Source of the DNA: Nitrososphaerales archaeon
Lineage (GTDB): Archaea; Thermoproteota; Nitrososphaeria; Nitrososphaerales; UBA213
DNA: 64,000 nt
Direction of reading: 5' to 3'
Assembly: GCA_965197925.1 (NCBI GenBank)
Contig: CBDAOC010000016.1
Span: forward strand, 32,001 to 96,000
Shown here: piece by piece, positions 39,472-50,603 of the stretch
How positions within the stretch are numbered: position 1 is the first letter of the stretch
Layout of the letters: each line of letters begins with the position of its first letter
The notes under the pieces: generated by a model
What the model was told of the DNA's origin: nothing
Databases searched by the model: none
What the model saw: only the letters and a program-made list of their open reading frames with translations
Translations under genes and position numbers: made by a program

Positions 39472-40841
39472 TTATATTGAATACACCAAACTACACTTTT
39501 AAAGTAAAACAAATTCAACAGTATCTTAATAGTAGTGCAAACCCAAACGTTGCAAACTTCAGCTTAGCATATATACTACTGTGGATCCATACAACATTAG
39601 CACATGACAACAACACGAAAAATTAATGGAACATATGCAATCAAATCAACACGCAACTGGTGGCTCGACGAAGATTTATACCAAGCAAAGCAACGTATTC
39701 ATTACTATCTAACACGTAGAAATGTTGTATGGAATCTATCAACAAGACTACTAGAAATACACACAGTATATATGAGACTATAATTAATAATCACGATCAC
39801 AACGAACACAAACCCATACCAGTAGGAGACCTATTATTATGCGCATGTGGAAAAAGCAACACTGAATGCCATCCATGTAGGCACCCAAATGAAAACTGCT
39901 ACTACAAAGATGTAGGTTGTCAACATCCTAAACGATGTGAGGCTATCGCTGGACCATACCTAAATGACAACAACAAGAATAACCGCTTACACACTACTTA
40001 ATATCAATAAATTTACATTTATGGTACTACGAAAGAGCAACACACCTTTTGCAACGCGAGCTTTAGAAACTTCAATAGCATACTGTCCATGTAATCCTAT
40101 AAACAGTTACTACGAAACTCCTAACAATGACAACAACACATTATAAACAACCATCAACAACCACCCCATATAGATCTGACCTATTTGGTGTACTTACAGA
40201 TAATATGTTAAAAAGATTACGAGCAAACTCCTCAATATTTGCAAACCTAGCATTAAAAACATCAAAAGTACACTGTCCATGTAGAGCAACAAAACTACAA
40301 GATGATTGGACACAAAGACACCTATATTTACGCTTATGAAACCTCCATACCTATACGCACACTATTCATCAGAAGAATGGTACCAACTAACATATCTATA
40401 CCAAACACTGGCTAGATCTAAAACCCATTTAAGTGCAATATCAGCATATCTTCTATACCTAAGAAGACGTATACACTAAACTTATTAATGCCACCAAGAT
40501 TTAACACAGAAGCATTGACCTTCTATCTAGAAACACTACCTTGCGGATACACAATTTACAAAGATACAATGTTACAAAATAAGAATGCAATACATACTCC
40601 GTCTACATGTACAAACTGTAAAAAGGGACAATTCCCAATAATACTACATGCCTATACAGGCTTCTGCAACCGGGATAAATGTACATATGAAACAAAACCT
40701 AATCAGTTCCATATAGTAACGGAAGAAATGAAAGAACACGCTACTACCATACACAAACCTATGAAAGGTAGACCGCGTACCACCACCAAAAAGAAAGACG
40801 CTCCCTAAACAGAGAGCGTCTACATATTAGATGTGAGCAAT

Positions 40842-42614
40842 TTATACACGTAACTGCGCAGATCTTGCCGTCACTTTAGCAACTTCTGCACTCCACCAAA
40901 CATCAGGATAAGCATGATGTGTATTAGCTTTAAGATCCTCTTCTTCCTCTTCACACGTTTTGTAACCATAGGACTCTGTTTCAAAAGAACTTATTTCATC
41001 AGGAACTTGTCCTGGAGCACACACCTCGTCTCCACACTTAGTAAGAACTTGCTTCTCTCTGCATCCGTCACGGAAGATAGATACAGCTTTGCAACCCTCT
41101 TCCCAAGCCATCAACATAATATTACGAATGTCGTCCACAGTAGCATTGTTAGGAAGATTAACCGTCTTAGAGATACCATTATCAATATGAGGCTGAACAG
41201 CACTGACCATTAGAACATGGTCTTCTGGAGCGATAGCATCAGCAACCTTTGGCATATCCTTACCTTGAGAATTTAGCCAGTCCACACTCCATGGACACTC
41301 CATTAACACATCACCATCAGCAGTTACTCTAGTATTTTCCAAGGCAAACAAAGGCTCAATACCAGTAGATACACCAAGCAAAATAGCGGTAGTACCAGTA
41401 GGCTGAATGCTCGTAACTATAGCATTACGACGCATGATACCCGTACCTTCAAAGCAAGGTGCTGGCCCGTCAACAGTAGCAAGATACCGTGTAGTACGTT
41501 CACACTGCAAACGAATAGCCTGAGCAATGTTAGCAGCAAATGTACGTGATACAGAACGGTCATAATCTAGCCCCATAACAGCTAGTAAGTCACCCAAGCC
41601 CATAAAACCCACACCAATGCGACGAGAGCGTAGAGAAGCCTCTCTGATGCCTTCTGTGGGGTATATATTCTCATCTAGGATTTGGTTTAAGTAACGAACC
41701 ATTAATGCTACAGTAAATTTCATACCTTCCCAATCAAAGACTTGCGTATCAACATTATAGAAAGCCATAAGGTTCAAAGAAGCAAGGTTACATGACTCAT
41801 TGTGCTTCAAGAACTGCTCTGAACATGGATTACAGCCTAGGATAGCCCCTTCATCAGGAGTAGGATTATCTTGATTTACTCTATCACGGTAAATTATGCC
41901 TGGATCACCTGTTGTCCAGCAACTCTCAGCCATACGGTCTAGAACAAAGTTAGCATGACTATCTCCATTATATACACGCTCCATAAAGTCGTCTCCAACT
42001 GATACTGAAATGTTAAAAGTACTAAGATCATTAGGGTCTGCATTTTTACATGTGATAAATTCTAGAATATCAGCATGCTCTACAGGCATCACACCCATCT
42101 GAGCCGCCGCTCTCTTACCTGACTGAGTAATCATACGCCCTACCGCATGTAAATACCGCATTACTTCCACAGGGCCACATGCCTTACCATGAGTTGAGTT
42201 GACAGAAGAACCTTTGGCACGGAGATTACCAAAGTAGTAGCCTACACCACCACCGAATTTTGTTATAGCGGCCGCGTCCCGGCCAATTGACATAATACCA
42301 TCGTCTTCCAACATATTATCTTCAATTTCCAATACGAAACATGCACTTAATGTTCCGTTATTCAAACCACGATTGAACAAGGTGGGACTATTAGGAAGAA
42401 ACTTACCTTCCTCTATATGAGTACGGATATCCGTACCTCTAGGGCCTGCTACTCTAGTTAAGAACTCCTCATGTGTCTCATGCGCACCGTTGCAGTAGTC
42501 ACATGTAGAAAGATTATCACCTATCTTAGAGTAGTATCTCTTGCATAGCAAAATCTGTGCATTATGCGTTATTCCGCCTTCTTTAAGTGTAGGTAGTTGA
42601 TTTACTGTGTTCAT
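40842..42614 (-). CDS. nrdJ: class II (B12-dependent) ribonucleotide reductase
   Basis: PNSPTLFN, LSACFV, NPCSEQ, SCNLASLNL, QPTGT, ISKTVN; no small subunit nearby. Confidence 0.92.
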   Translation of the reverse strand: MNTVNQLPTLKEGGITHNAQILLCKRYYSKIGDNLSTCDYCNGAHETHEEFLTRVAGPRGTDIRTHIEEGKFLPNSPTLFNRGLNNGTLSACFVLEIEDNMLEDDGIMSIGRDAAAITKFGGGVGYYFGNLRAKGSSVNSTHGKACGPVEVMRYLHAVGRMITQSGKRAAAQMGVMPVEHADILEFITCKNADPNDLSTFNISVSVGDDFMERVYNGDSHANFVLDRMAESCWTTGDPGIIYRDRVNQDNPTPDEGAILGCNPCSEQFLKHNESCNLASLNLMAFYNVDTQVFDWEGMKFTVALMVRYLNQILDENIYPTEGIREASLRSRRIGVGFMGLGDLLAVMGLDYDRSVSRTFAANIAQAIRLQCERTTRYLATVDGPAPCFEGTGIMRRNAIVTSIQPTGTTAILLGVSTGIEPLFALENTRVTADGDVLMECPWSVDWLNSQGKDMPKVADAIAPEDHVLMVSAVQPHIDNGISKTVNLPNNATVDDIRNIMLMAWEEGCKAVSIFRDGCREKQVLTKCGDEVCAPGQVPDEISSFETESYGYKTCEEEEEDLKANTHHAYPDVWWSAEVAKVTARSAQLRV

Positions 42615-42746
42615 TATTGTTATATCTCCTTAAGATACAAAGAGCCGCAACCTTCGCGGTGCGGCGGTGTTTTGTTTTAGTCTTTATGTTCGTATCACTA
42701 TATTACTACACCCACCAACCCATGTCAACAAATATTAGGAGCAATT

Positions 42747-43343
42747 TTGACCCAACATTATCCCATAGATAGTGCCGCAGCTTTTAGATTCTCCAAAGCA
42801 CAATTTGGAGAGTTATCCAACATGAATAACAGGTTTCCAGTAGTATTAAACGGTTTACAATTCCAATCATCGGAAGGCCTATATCAAGCCATGAAGTTCC
42901 CTACTAGCTCTAACAGGCAATTATACATAGCCCACGCACAAACTGGATATGATGCTAAAAAGAGGGCTTATTCAGCCACTAACGAGCCTCTATATGAGAA
43001 CTGGAACAACGCAAGAATAGACGCGATGCGCCTAACACTAGCCGTAAAGCTACTACAGCACCCTGCAACAATATACGACGTACTAAGATCCACAGGTAAC
43101 AAAAGCATAGTAGAATTTAGCCAAAAAGACCGATTTTGGGGTGCAAGCTATAATTATCATAACGATCAAAAAGTATACACAGGATATAACATATTAGGCA
43201 GACTATGGTCACGCTTACGAGACCTAGCCAAGAGCACAGATTGGGTTGAAGTAGAAGCACCTATCATTGCTTTTCTAGACCCTGTTCAGTATGCCTTCAC
43301 AATAAACAACGTACAATTTACCAAGGAATCAGTATTGTACTGA
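42747..43343 (+). CDS. NADAR family protein
   Basis: LSNM, SSEGLYQAMKF, IVEFSQKDRFWG, GYNILGRL. Confidence 0.88.
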   Translation: MTQHYPIDSAAAFRFSKAQFGELSNMNNRFPVVLNGLQFQSSEGLYQAMKFPTSSNRQLYIAHAQTGYDAKKRAYSATNEPLYENWNNARIDAMRLTLAVKLLQHPATIYDVLRSTGNKSIVEFSQKDRFWGASYNYHNDQKVYTGYNILGRLWSRLRDLAKSTDWVEVEAPIIAFLDPVQYAFTINNVQFTKESVLY

Positions 43344-43426
43344 GAACAATGTCTTAATATTTAAGACACAAGGAGTGACACAATAGATACAAACCCAACC
43401 ATAAACTTAAAGGAAATAACAACCAC

Positions 43427-44017
43427 ATGGTAACATTAAACCTAAATACTCTGGATCTAGGTGACGCCCGTCGTCGTGCAGCTCCCGTAGCACAAAAGTT
43501 GCTTATGACAGATGTTCAGATGGATGAACTGCTTAACCCCGTTCGCCATCACGCTAGCGGACGTGGAGACAGACGTGCACGGCAGTTGCTTGATGCATAT
43601 AATCACTTCCGTGAGGGCACAGTTGACCAGATCGTAGGATCTGCTGCAATCCCCCAGGAACATATGGCTTCATTTGAACGCGATATTATCCAGCGAGCAG
43701 AGCAGGTGAACCGTTCTTTCGGTTTGCTAGCATGCTATGCACTAGCAGAACTTACGGATCCTAGCCCACCTGACGCACCTGTAATGGTACGTTCTGGCAA
43801 CCGTATGGCTCCTGGCGTAAATCAACACTTCGGTGGTGAAACGGCTTGGGGCGTAGCAGACTTCACAGTAAATGAAATTAATAGCAAGGCTAACCATTTC
43901 TGGAACTCTGTACTAAGACGTGTAGAACTGGCTGAACGTGAAGATGGTCGCTGCGATCGCAATGGATGCAACGATGACTGTACCGACGGTAACGAAGAGT
44001 ACCCAGACCTATATTAA
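43427..44017 (+). CDS. hypothetical protein
   Basis: 196-aa ORF with AAGGA RBS, followed by a hairpin at about 44025-44057. Confidence 0.6.
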   Translation: MVTLNLNTLDLGDARRRAAPVAQKLLMTDVQMDELLNPVRHHASGRGDRRARQLLDAYNHFREGTVDQIVGSAAIPQEHMASFERDIIQRAEQVNRSFGLLACYALAELTDPSPPDAPVMVRSGNRMAPGVNQHFGGETAWGVADFTVNEINSKANHFWNSVLRRVELAEREDGRCDRNGCNDDCTDGNEEYPDLY

Positions 44018-44664
44018 CCCTTAATAGAACGACCTCAATTAAAAGAGGTCGTTCTACAGGATAACAATGACCCTATTAGAAAGAAAATTAGGCAGAGAAC
44101 TAGCCTACACACACCTACACAGAGTACAACGATACCTAAAGACAGAGAATACTTTCTTAGGTTCCATAGACATAATTCTATTTGAATTAGACGAACTAAA
44201 CACCATTCTATTCTCTCTAAGCGATAGGTATCCAAGTGCACCTTATTGGATAGACTCTGAAAAGGAACTATCTGAGAAACTAATGCCAAGAGCTGCTGGA
44301 TACTCACTGAATGTGAACCAGTTTGGACACGCTAAGATAATACTTAACCACCTAACAAGTAGCATCCAAACCGTAATAGCTAATGAACTATTAGAATATG
44401 CATTTATACCTGTATCACTGAACATATCAGAGCAGTTGAAATTTATAATCGAATACAACTCCGTTCTACTAACCATGAAAGACTACTTCAGAAGTGCACA
44501 GCTAACATTAGATCTAACCAAAGATGCTATAGAAAATACAATACAGCGTAATGAGCCTTATCTAATGACAAAACTTGCACAACTACCAGCCATGCGTGTA
44601 AAGTCCGTAGTAGACCTTCATACTATAACAAAAGAGAGCCTTGTACCGCAGGTAACGCGTTAGA

Positions 44665-44809
44665 GGGATCCGGGAATTTCCTATAGTGAGGGGTGAAAAC
44701 TAAGACAATTAAGACAAATAAAATGTTGAAAACTGTTTCCTCACCCTATATAGGTATTGTCTCATTTGTCTTAGTTTACACCCCTCCCCTTAGAAAAATC
44801 CCGGATCCC
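44665..44809. repeat. long imperfect inverted repeat (candidate origin or MITE-like element)
   Basis: GGGATCCGGGA/TCCCGGATCCC outer arms; inner 30-nt arms match at 27/30; tandem AAGACAA units. Confidence 0.8.
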
Positions 44810-44834
44810 CCCCCCTACAGATAAAATAAGACAC

Positions 44835-46046
44835 ATGGACATAAAAATAACCCAACCCAACCTAATGCAAGCACTGCAGATCACCGCCCCTGCCGCCTTG
44901 CCCAATCCTGACTTCCCGGTAGGCAAATATGTATTAATAAATGTAGCAACTGGGCAAACCACACTAAATACCAACGATAGAAATATTTTTATCAACCAAG
45001 TGGCTCCAGTAGAAGAAGTTACAAAACCCGGACAAGTGCTTGTAGAACATAAACTACTATACAATTGGGCAGCACGTACGAAATCCGATAAAATGATCAG
45101 ACTATCTATAGAGAAAGAAAAAGACGACATAGAACAACTACACTGTCGCGCAGCTAGATCGCACGTACGCCTAGGAATAGCAGATACTAAGGACTTCCCA
45201 CCCAATCCCTTCAAACCCCATACAAGATGGACAATTCCAAGCAAACTGATAAAGGAAGGTCTATCAACAACAAGCAACTCACGGATAGGATTACCCGAGA
45301 AATCTGATGGCGAGACTACAAGAGCTATACATGGCACACATTTCCGCCTAACACCGACATACATCACCATAGAGGCTGTATCGTACAGTTACGGGGCATT
45401 CTATGCAGATACACATGGTATAGAGAATGTAAAGACAGAATTAGATGTACTACTAACCCCTAAAATCACCGGCATATTACAAACAACACTTCCAAACGAT
45501 GACACACTGATATTTCTAGAATTAAACGAACAAAAGTCGCTACTGAAAATAAAGTACAACACAACAGAGTGGTACGCCATTCTACTAAACGGAACATTTC
45601 CCGATACAAGCCCATTCTATGCAACAAGTAATCCTGTAGTGTATGAACTCGACGTGGACAGTACAGACTTACGCAATGCCATACAAACAGCTGAAATGTT
45701 CATGCAGCAAGCCTCCGATCCTATACTATTATGGTCAATGCCCGACGAAAATAACAACCAAACATTAGCTATAAAGAGTCTAGGTAATGAGAAAGGAAGT
45801 TACGAAGGACAGATAGATCTTATAAACATAGTAGAAGAAGACAAGGATAAGAAACCACTAAGAATAGCAGGATCTATACAACAATTAAGTAAAATTTCTG
45901 CAATATTGCGAGCCAGCAAAAGTATAAATTTGAAAGTAAAAGGAAAAGAAAATCCAGGTATGCACATATCCGGAGACTCCGCTGAACGAACATTCTACGT
46001 GACGATGCCAATCAAAATAAAGGATGAATTATGGCAGATAAAATAA
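44835..46046 (+). CDS. dnaN: DNA polymerase III beta-clamp-like protein
   Basis: About 400 aa; DFP, LLNGTFPD and YVTMPI motifs of DnaN. Confidence 0.8.
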   Translation: MDIKITQPNLMQALQITAPAALPNPDFPVGKYVLINVATGQTTLNTNDRNIFINQVAPVEEVTKPGQVLVEHKLLYNWAARTKSDKMIRLSIEKEKDDIEQLHCRAARSHVRLGIADTKDFPPNPFKPHTRWTIPSKLIKEGLSTTSNSRIGLPEKSDGETTRAIHGTHFRLTPTYITIEAVSYSYGAFYADTHGIENVKTELDVLLTPKITGILQTTLPNDDTLIFLELNEQKSLLKIKYNTTEWYAILLNGTFPDTSPFYATSNPVVYELDVDSTDLRNAIQTAEMFMQQASDPILLWSMPDENNNQTLAIKSLGNEKGSYEGQIDLINIVEEDKDKKPLRIAGSIQQLSKISAILRASKSINLKVKGKENPGMHISGDSAERTFYVTMPIKIKDELWQIK

Positions 46047-46791
46047 AACTACACGAACTATTATGGGTCGAAGTAAGTCACCCAAATGGAGTAGTATTTA
46101 AGGCTGACACACCAATTGCAATAGTACAAATACGAGTAGAAAAACAGTATGATATACCCATAGTAAAGATGTACATAGGTATAAAGCGTGGAAATGCAAT
46201 AATAAATCACAATAGAAACGCCGTGTATAATGATACAGAACGTACTCTACTTGCCAGATATGAAGATCTACAGAATGGATTAGACAACATTAGACCAATA
46301 ACTTTATACGAAACCAAAGTAGAAGAAATACGAAAGCTACTTCAACAAAACATATGAACGTAGAATTAAATAGTAACGATCTATACATAAAAGATGGGCT
46401 TCTAGCACTACAAGAGGCTGTAGAAACCACACAAGAAATTACACTACATCTTACTCCACATACTGAAACCTCTAAAAAAATTCTAACAAAGCTTAAGAAT
46501 AAAAAATTAGATCTAAAAATAACAGTGGATAAACTTGATACAATAGGAAAGACAATGCATAAAATACAAATTATGGACGACAAAAATGAGTGGATAGAAA
46601 GAAAAGAATATAGAGTAATTAATAATAACTACGCTATCACAGAGAAATACCATATACAAGAATTCATTGATAGAAGTCAAGAATGGGTAGATAAAACAAA
46701 CAGAACAAAAACAATAGGCGAAAGCCTAGATCAACTAGCAACTAAATTGCGTATAAATAAACAACATATACGCATAGAGCCCTTACAATAA

Positions 46792-47436
46792 ATGGCACTA
46801 GTAGAATACGTAAACCACATGGGCGATGATAACATGGTTGTTGACGCCGCCCGTGTGTCCTTCAATAAAACAAGTGACAATTATACAGATAGACAAAATG
46901 CTCGCCTCATTAAGTTCCTTCGTACACACAATCACTGGTCACCTTTCAGCCATTGCGTCGTACAGTTTAGAATTACTGCTCCCATATACGTTGCTAGACA
47001 GCTCTTCAAACACCAAATTGGCTTCTCTCTTAATGAAATATCCAGACGATACGTTGATTATGAGCCTACTTTTGACTGTCCAGAAGTTTGGAGAGCAAGA
47101 CCAGGAAAAAATAAGAAACAAGGAAGCGGAAGTAACCTAGAAAATCACTATCAGTTGTACATAAATAGTCTTGTACGAGACCACATAGAACGGTCTAAAA
47201 CACTGTATAATCAACTGATTGATATGGATGTTGCTCCCGAACAAGCCCGTGTAATACTACCACTATGCACTGAAACTCAGTGGATATGGACAGCCACACT
47301 CGAAGGCTGGTTAAGAGTATGTTCTCTACGCATAGCAGAGGATGCTCAATCAGAGACCCGAGCTGTAGCAGAAGAAATAGCTACACATATACAGAAGTTA
47401 TTCCCTATATGTTGGGAAGCTTCACAAGCAGGATAA
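46792..47436 (+). CDS. thyX: flavin-dependent thymidylate synthase
   Basis: AARVS, HWSPF, RQLFKH, NEISRRY, EQARVILP, AQSETR. Confidence 0.95.
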   Translation: MALVEYVNHMGDDNMVVDAARVSFNKTSDNYTDRQNARLIKFLRTHNHWSPFSHCVVQFRITAPIYVARQLFKHQIGFSLNEISRRYVDYEPTFDCPEVWRARPGKNKKQGSGSNLENHYQLYINSLVRDHIERSKTLYNQLIDMDVAPEQARVILPLCTETQWIWTATLEGWLRVCSLRIAEDAQSETRAVAEEIATHIQKLFPICWEASQAG

Positions 47437-47838
47437 ATAAGATGAATAAAAAAGTACAAATAAACAACAGAACTTTTACCTTAGAATTAATAACTATAAA
47501 TGAAAATGAATTCATATTAATAGATGATATATTAATAATGGGTGCAGCAACAGCAGATTTAACTAAATTCAGATGGACATATAATCCTAAATCTATAGGT
47601 ATGCCAGAAACAGTAGTAAGTATAAACACAGGACTACCTGCATTCATGCATTATTATAGCCAAAGAGAAGAAGATAGACATATTTATACAACTCTAACTG
47701 AAACATTATTAATGGCTTGCAATTTTATAGTAAAAGAAGAAAAAAGAGAACAAGAAAGACAAAAAGCACTTGCAGAAAAAGCAAAGCAAAAATACCCAAA
47801 TGAAGAAATAGAACTATTTTGGAAAACACTACCTAACG

Positions 47839-48216
47839 ATGACTAAAATACTCCCAGCAATAGTACCAACACTACTAATAACTGCTTTAATATTTAACTA
47901 CCTATTCTTCATTATAAATCCCAACGTATCACAAACAATCTGGAATATAATAGATCCAGTCCTACTAGCATACTTAGGACTATTCATACTGATATCAATA
48001 GTAGTAATGTACATTAAATCGACATACACCACATTTACATTGCTATATCTAACAGCAGCATCCATAGTAACCGTACTTTATGCTCACAACTATATACTCA
48101 AAGTAGCACTAGGCACGACCGCCGCCAACCCTTGGATCTGGCACTTCCTTGTACCAGCAGTAGTAGCTTTACTTATTATATACCTAATTAAGTACGCAAA
48201 AGGTGGACAAACATAA
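47839..48216 (+). CDS. membrane protein
   Basis: Four hydrophobic segments. Confidence 0.65.
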   Translation: MTKILPAIVPTLLITALIFNYLFFIINPNVSQTIWNIIDPVLLAYLGLFILISIVVMYIKSTYTTFTLLYLTAASIVTVLYAHNYILKVALGTTAANPWIWHFLVPAVVALLIIYLIKYAKGGQT

Positions 48217-48497
48217 AAGCCAAGATCTACGTGCATCGCATAATAGCAGCACGCAACAAGAAAAACAATAAAGATGATCCATGCATAAGCATACGCACCC
48301 ATAAGAACACAGAAAGAGCACATGAAGTAGTATTCACAGGCCCTGCTAAACTAGTTACCATAAAGAATAATAAAGGTGACCCTTCTGTATGGATCGAAGC
48401 GCAAAGAGAAACCCTACAACTGATAACCCGAGGTAAAACAGATGAAGAAATGGGCTATCTAGCGCCAATACCAGAAAATGGATGGCTATTATAAAGC

Positions 48498-48948
48498 ATG
48501 CCCTCTATCTTAAAACCTCAGAAGTACGTATCATCAAGTAGTAAGAAATATAAAAAAGCTAGATATGCAATACGAAGACTAATAAAAGTAACATACTGGG
48601 ACAGAAAACGTCCAAACGTCTACGCCATAGTGACAAGGCTACTGCTAAGAACACATAGAGAATTCCATTTGAACTATCCAAACAATTTCCTAAGAGAAAA
48701 TAGAACGGATCAAAATGCCCGCGTCCATATTGAAACCCCAAAAATACGTATCATCGAGCAGTAAGAAATATAAAATATGTAAACGCACTATAGCAGCCAT
48801 GATACTTGTAGCACGGTGGCAAAGACGGTATCCACAATACACAATATTACTAGTTTCTCACCTTCTAGCAGTACACAGAGAATTTCATTTAAACTATCCG
48901 AATAACTTTTTAAGAGAGAATATTACTGAACAATGGTATCAACACTAA
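48498..48948 (+). repeat. tandem paralogous small basic ORFs (48498-48764 and 48715-48948)
   Basis: Both contain SILKPQKYVSSSSKKYK and HREFHLNYPNNFLREN. Confidence 0.8.
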
Positions 48949-49291
48949 CCACACAACAAAAAATTGCAGTATTAACACAAAAATTAGCTATTATAGTACA
49001 AAGTGCCAATAAAGTACTAGAAAACATAGCAGTTAAAGAAAATGGCATTACATACATGCCAATAACTGAAAACGAACTAGTCACAATACAGCAATTAATG
49101 AACGACGGGTTAATAGATAAACTACCAGACATGAATGACCAATATAATCGTGTATACGTAACAGTAAAAGGTTATTCTAGATTACTGGATATGCTAGAAA
49201 GCATGCAGAAAGATGAAACAAGAGAGTATCAACGTACACACGCCCGTCCAAATGCGTTTGATATACAACATCAACAACAAAAGTAACAACT

Positions 49292-50050
49292 ATGAAAATA
49301 CTTTTAACAATAATATTTTTACTAGTACTAAGTATCACATGTACTAACATCAAACATATAGAAATCCCTACTATTAAAATCAGTACCACCACACCCCCAT
49401 ACAAGCAAGCAACAATACCAGCAACAATACCAGCACCTACACCCACAATGCCACTAGCACCTACATCACCGCCACCGACTAAAAGAGTAACAAAATACAT
49501 ACAAGTACCTCCCACACCCTCACCCACGTCTATACCTAAACGTCACACTCCAGTTACAACAATATACAGACAAATAACTCAACAACCACCACCACCTACT
49601 GTAGAACCTCCAAACGAATACATCAGAACACCTACTAATCTATTCGCTAATGCATTCGTACAACCTACAAATACACCACGACCAACTAGACAACCTACAC
49701 CCGAACCCACATTAGCTTATAATATAGACGCCATAACAAAATACTACAGTGCTCCAAGCTTTAACGTGCACGACATACAAGTACAATTCATCACCCATAT
49801 TTTGCACAGTAACAAAGTAACATATCCTCAAGATACTTGCTACAGAGTAAAATACATAAATCGTCAAGGAAAGTCGAAATCAATTAAGCTAAAGTTCAGC
49901 CTATTCAACTACAATCAACAAGATGAATACATACAACTATACGAAATATCCAGTCCTGGTGCATTCGATGACGCTAATACACAAGATATACAACAAGCTC
50001 TAAAAAACCTAAAAAACAACAAAGAAACGCACAAATACTCCTGCAACTAA
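49292..50050 (+). CDS. exported Pro/Thr-rich protein (possible lipoprotein)
   Basis: Signal peptide ending SITC; PT repeats. Confidence 0.65.
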   Translation: MKILLTIIFLLVLSITCTNIKHIEIPTIKISTTTPPYKQATIPATIPAPTPTMPLAPTSPPPTKRVTKYIQVPPTPSPTSIPKRHTPVTTIYRQITQQPPPPTVEPPNEYIRTPTNLFANAFVQPTNTPRPTRQPTPEPTLAYNIDAITKYYSAPSFNVHDIQVQFITHILHSNKVTYPQDTCYRVKYINRQGKSKSIKLKFSLFNYNQQDEYIQLYEISSPGAFDDANTQDIQQALKNLKNNKETHKYSCN

Positions 50051-50108
50051 ACAAGTATGGTATACTAAATTCGAACTAAGCGTAAACTAAGGATATAACA
50101 TAGATTAA

Positions 50109-50603
50109 ATGAATAAAGAATACCAAAAATTTATTAAACAACTACCTGATCTAAGCCAAACAACAGTGCCCGATCTTGTAGCACACTGCCGCAGGATAAT
50201 AGAACCTGCGGCACACAATATATACATAGCATGTGCATACAAAGACTCTAAAGTAAGCGTAATGGAAGCACGAAAACTCCTATGTATTGCCGTAAGCAAC
50301 GAACTAAGAGGCGCACATATAAAACACTACAATCCCATAGGAGACACTACCAAAAATACAACAGAGCTAGAACCTAAATCACCTGAATATACCAACTGGT
50401 ATGATATAGATCTAAGTCTATTAGATAACGCAACACATCTATTAATACTAGATATACCAGGTATACAGAATAGCTTAGGCGTAGCAGTAGAAATAGGATT
50501 TGCAAAAGCTAAACGAATTCCTATATATACAATTCCAGAAAGTCTCTGGAGTCCATTGGTAGGCCCTATAACACGGAGCAACATATACAATGGTGACTAC
50601 TAA
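50109..50603 (+). CDS. nucleoside deoxyribosyltransferase-like (DUF1937-like) protein
   Basis: IYIACAY, YNPI, SLGVAVEIGFAKAKRIPI. Confidence 0.7.
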   Translation: MNKEYQKFIKQLPDLSQTTVPDLVAHCRRIIEPAAHNIYIACAYKDSKVSVMEARKLLCIAVSNELRGAHIKHYNPIGDTTKNTTELEPKSPEYTNWYDIDLSLLDNATHLLILDIPGIQNSLGVAVEIGFAKAKRIPIYTIPESLWSPLVGPITRSNIYNGDY

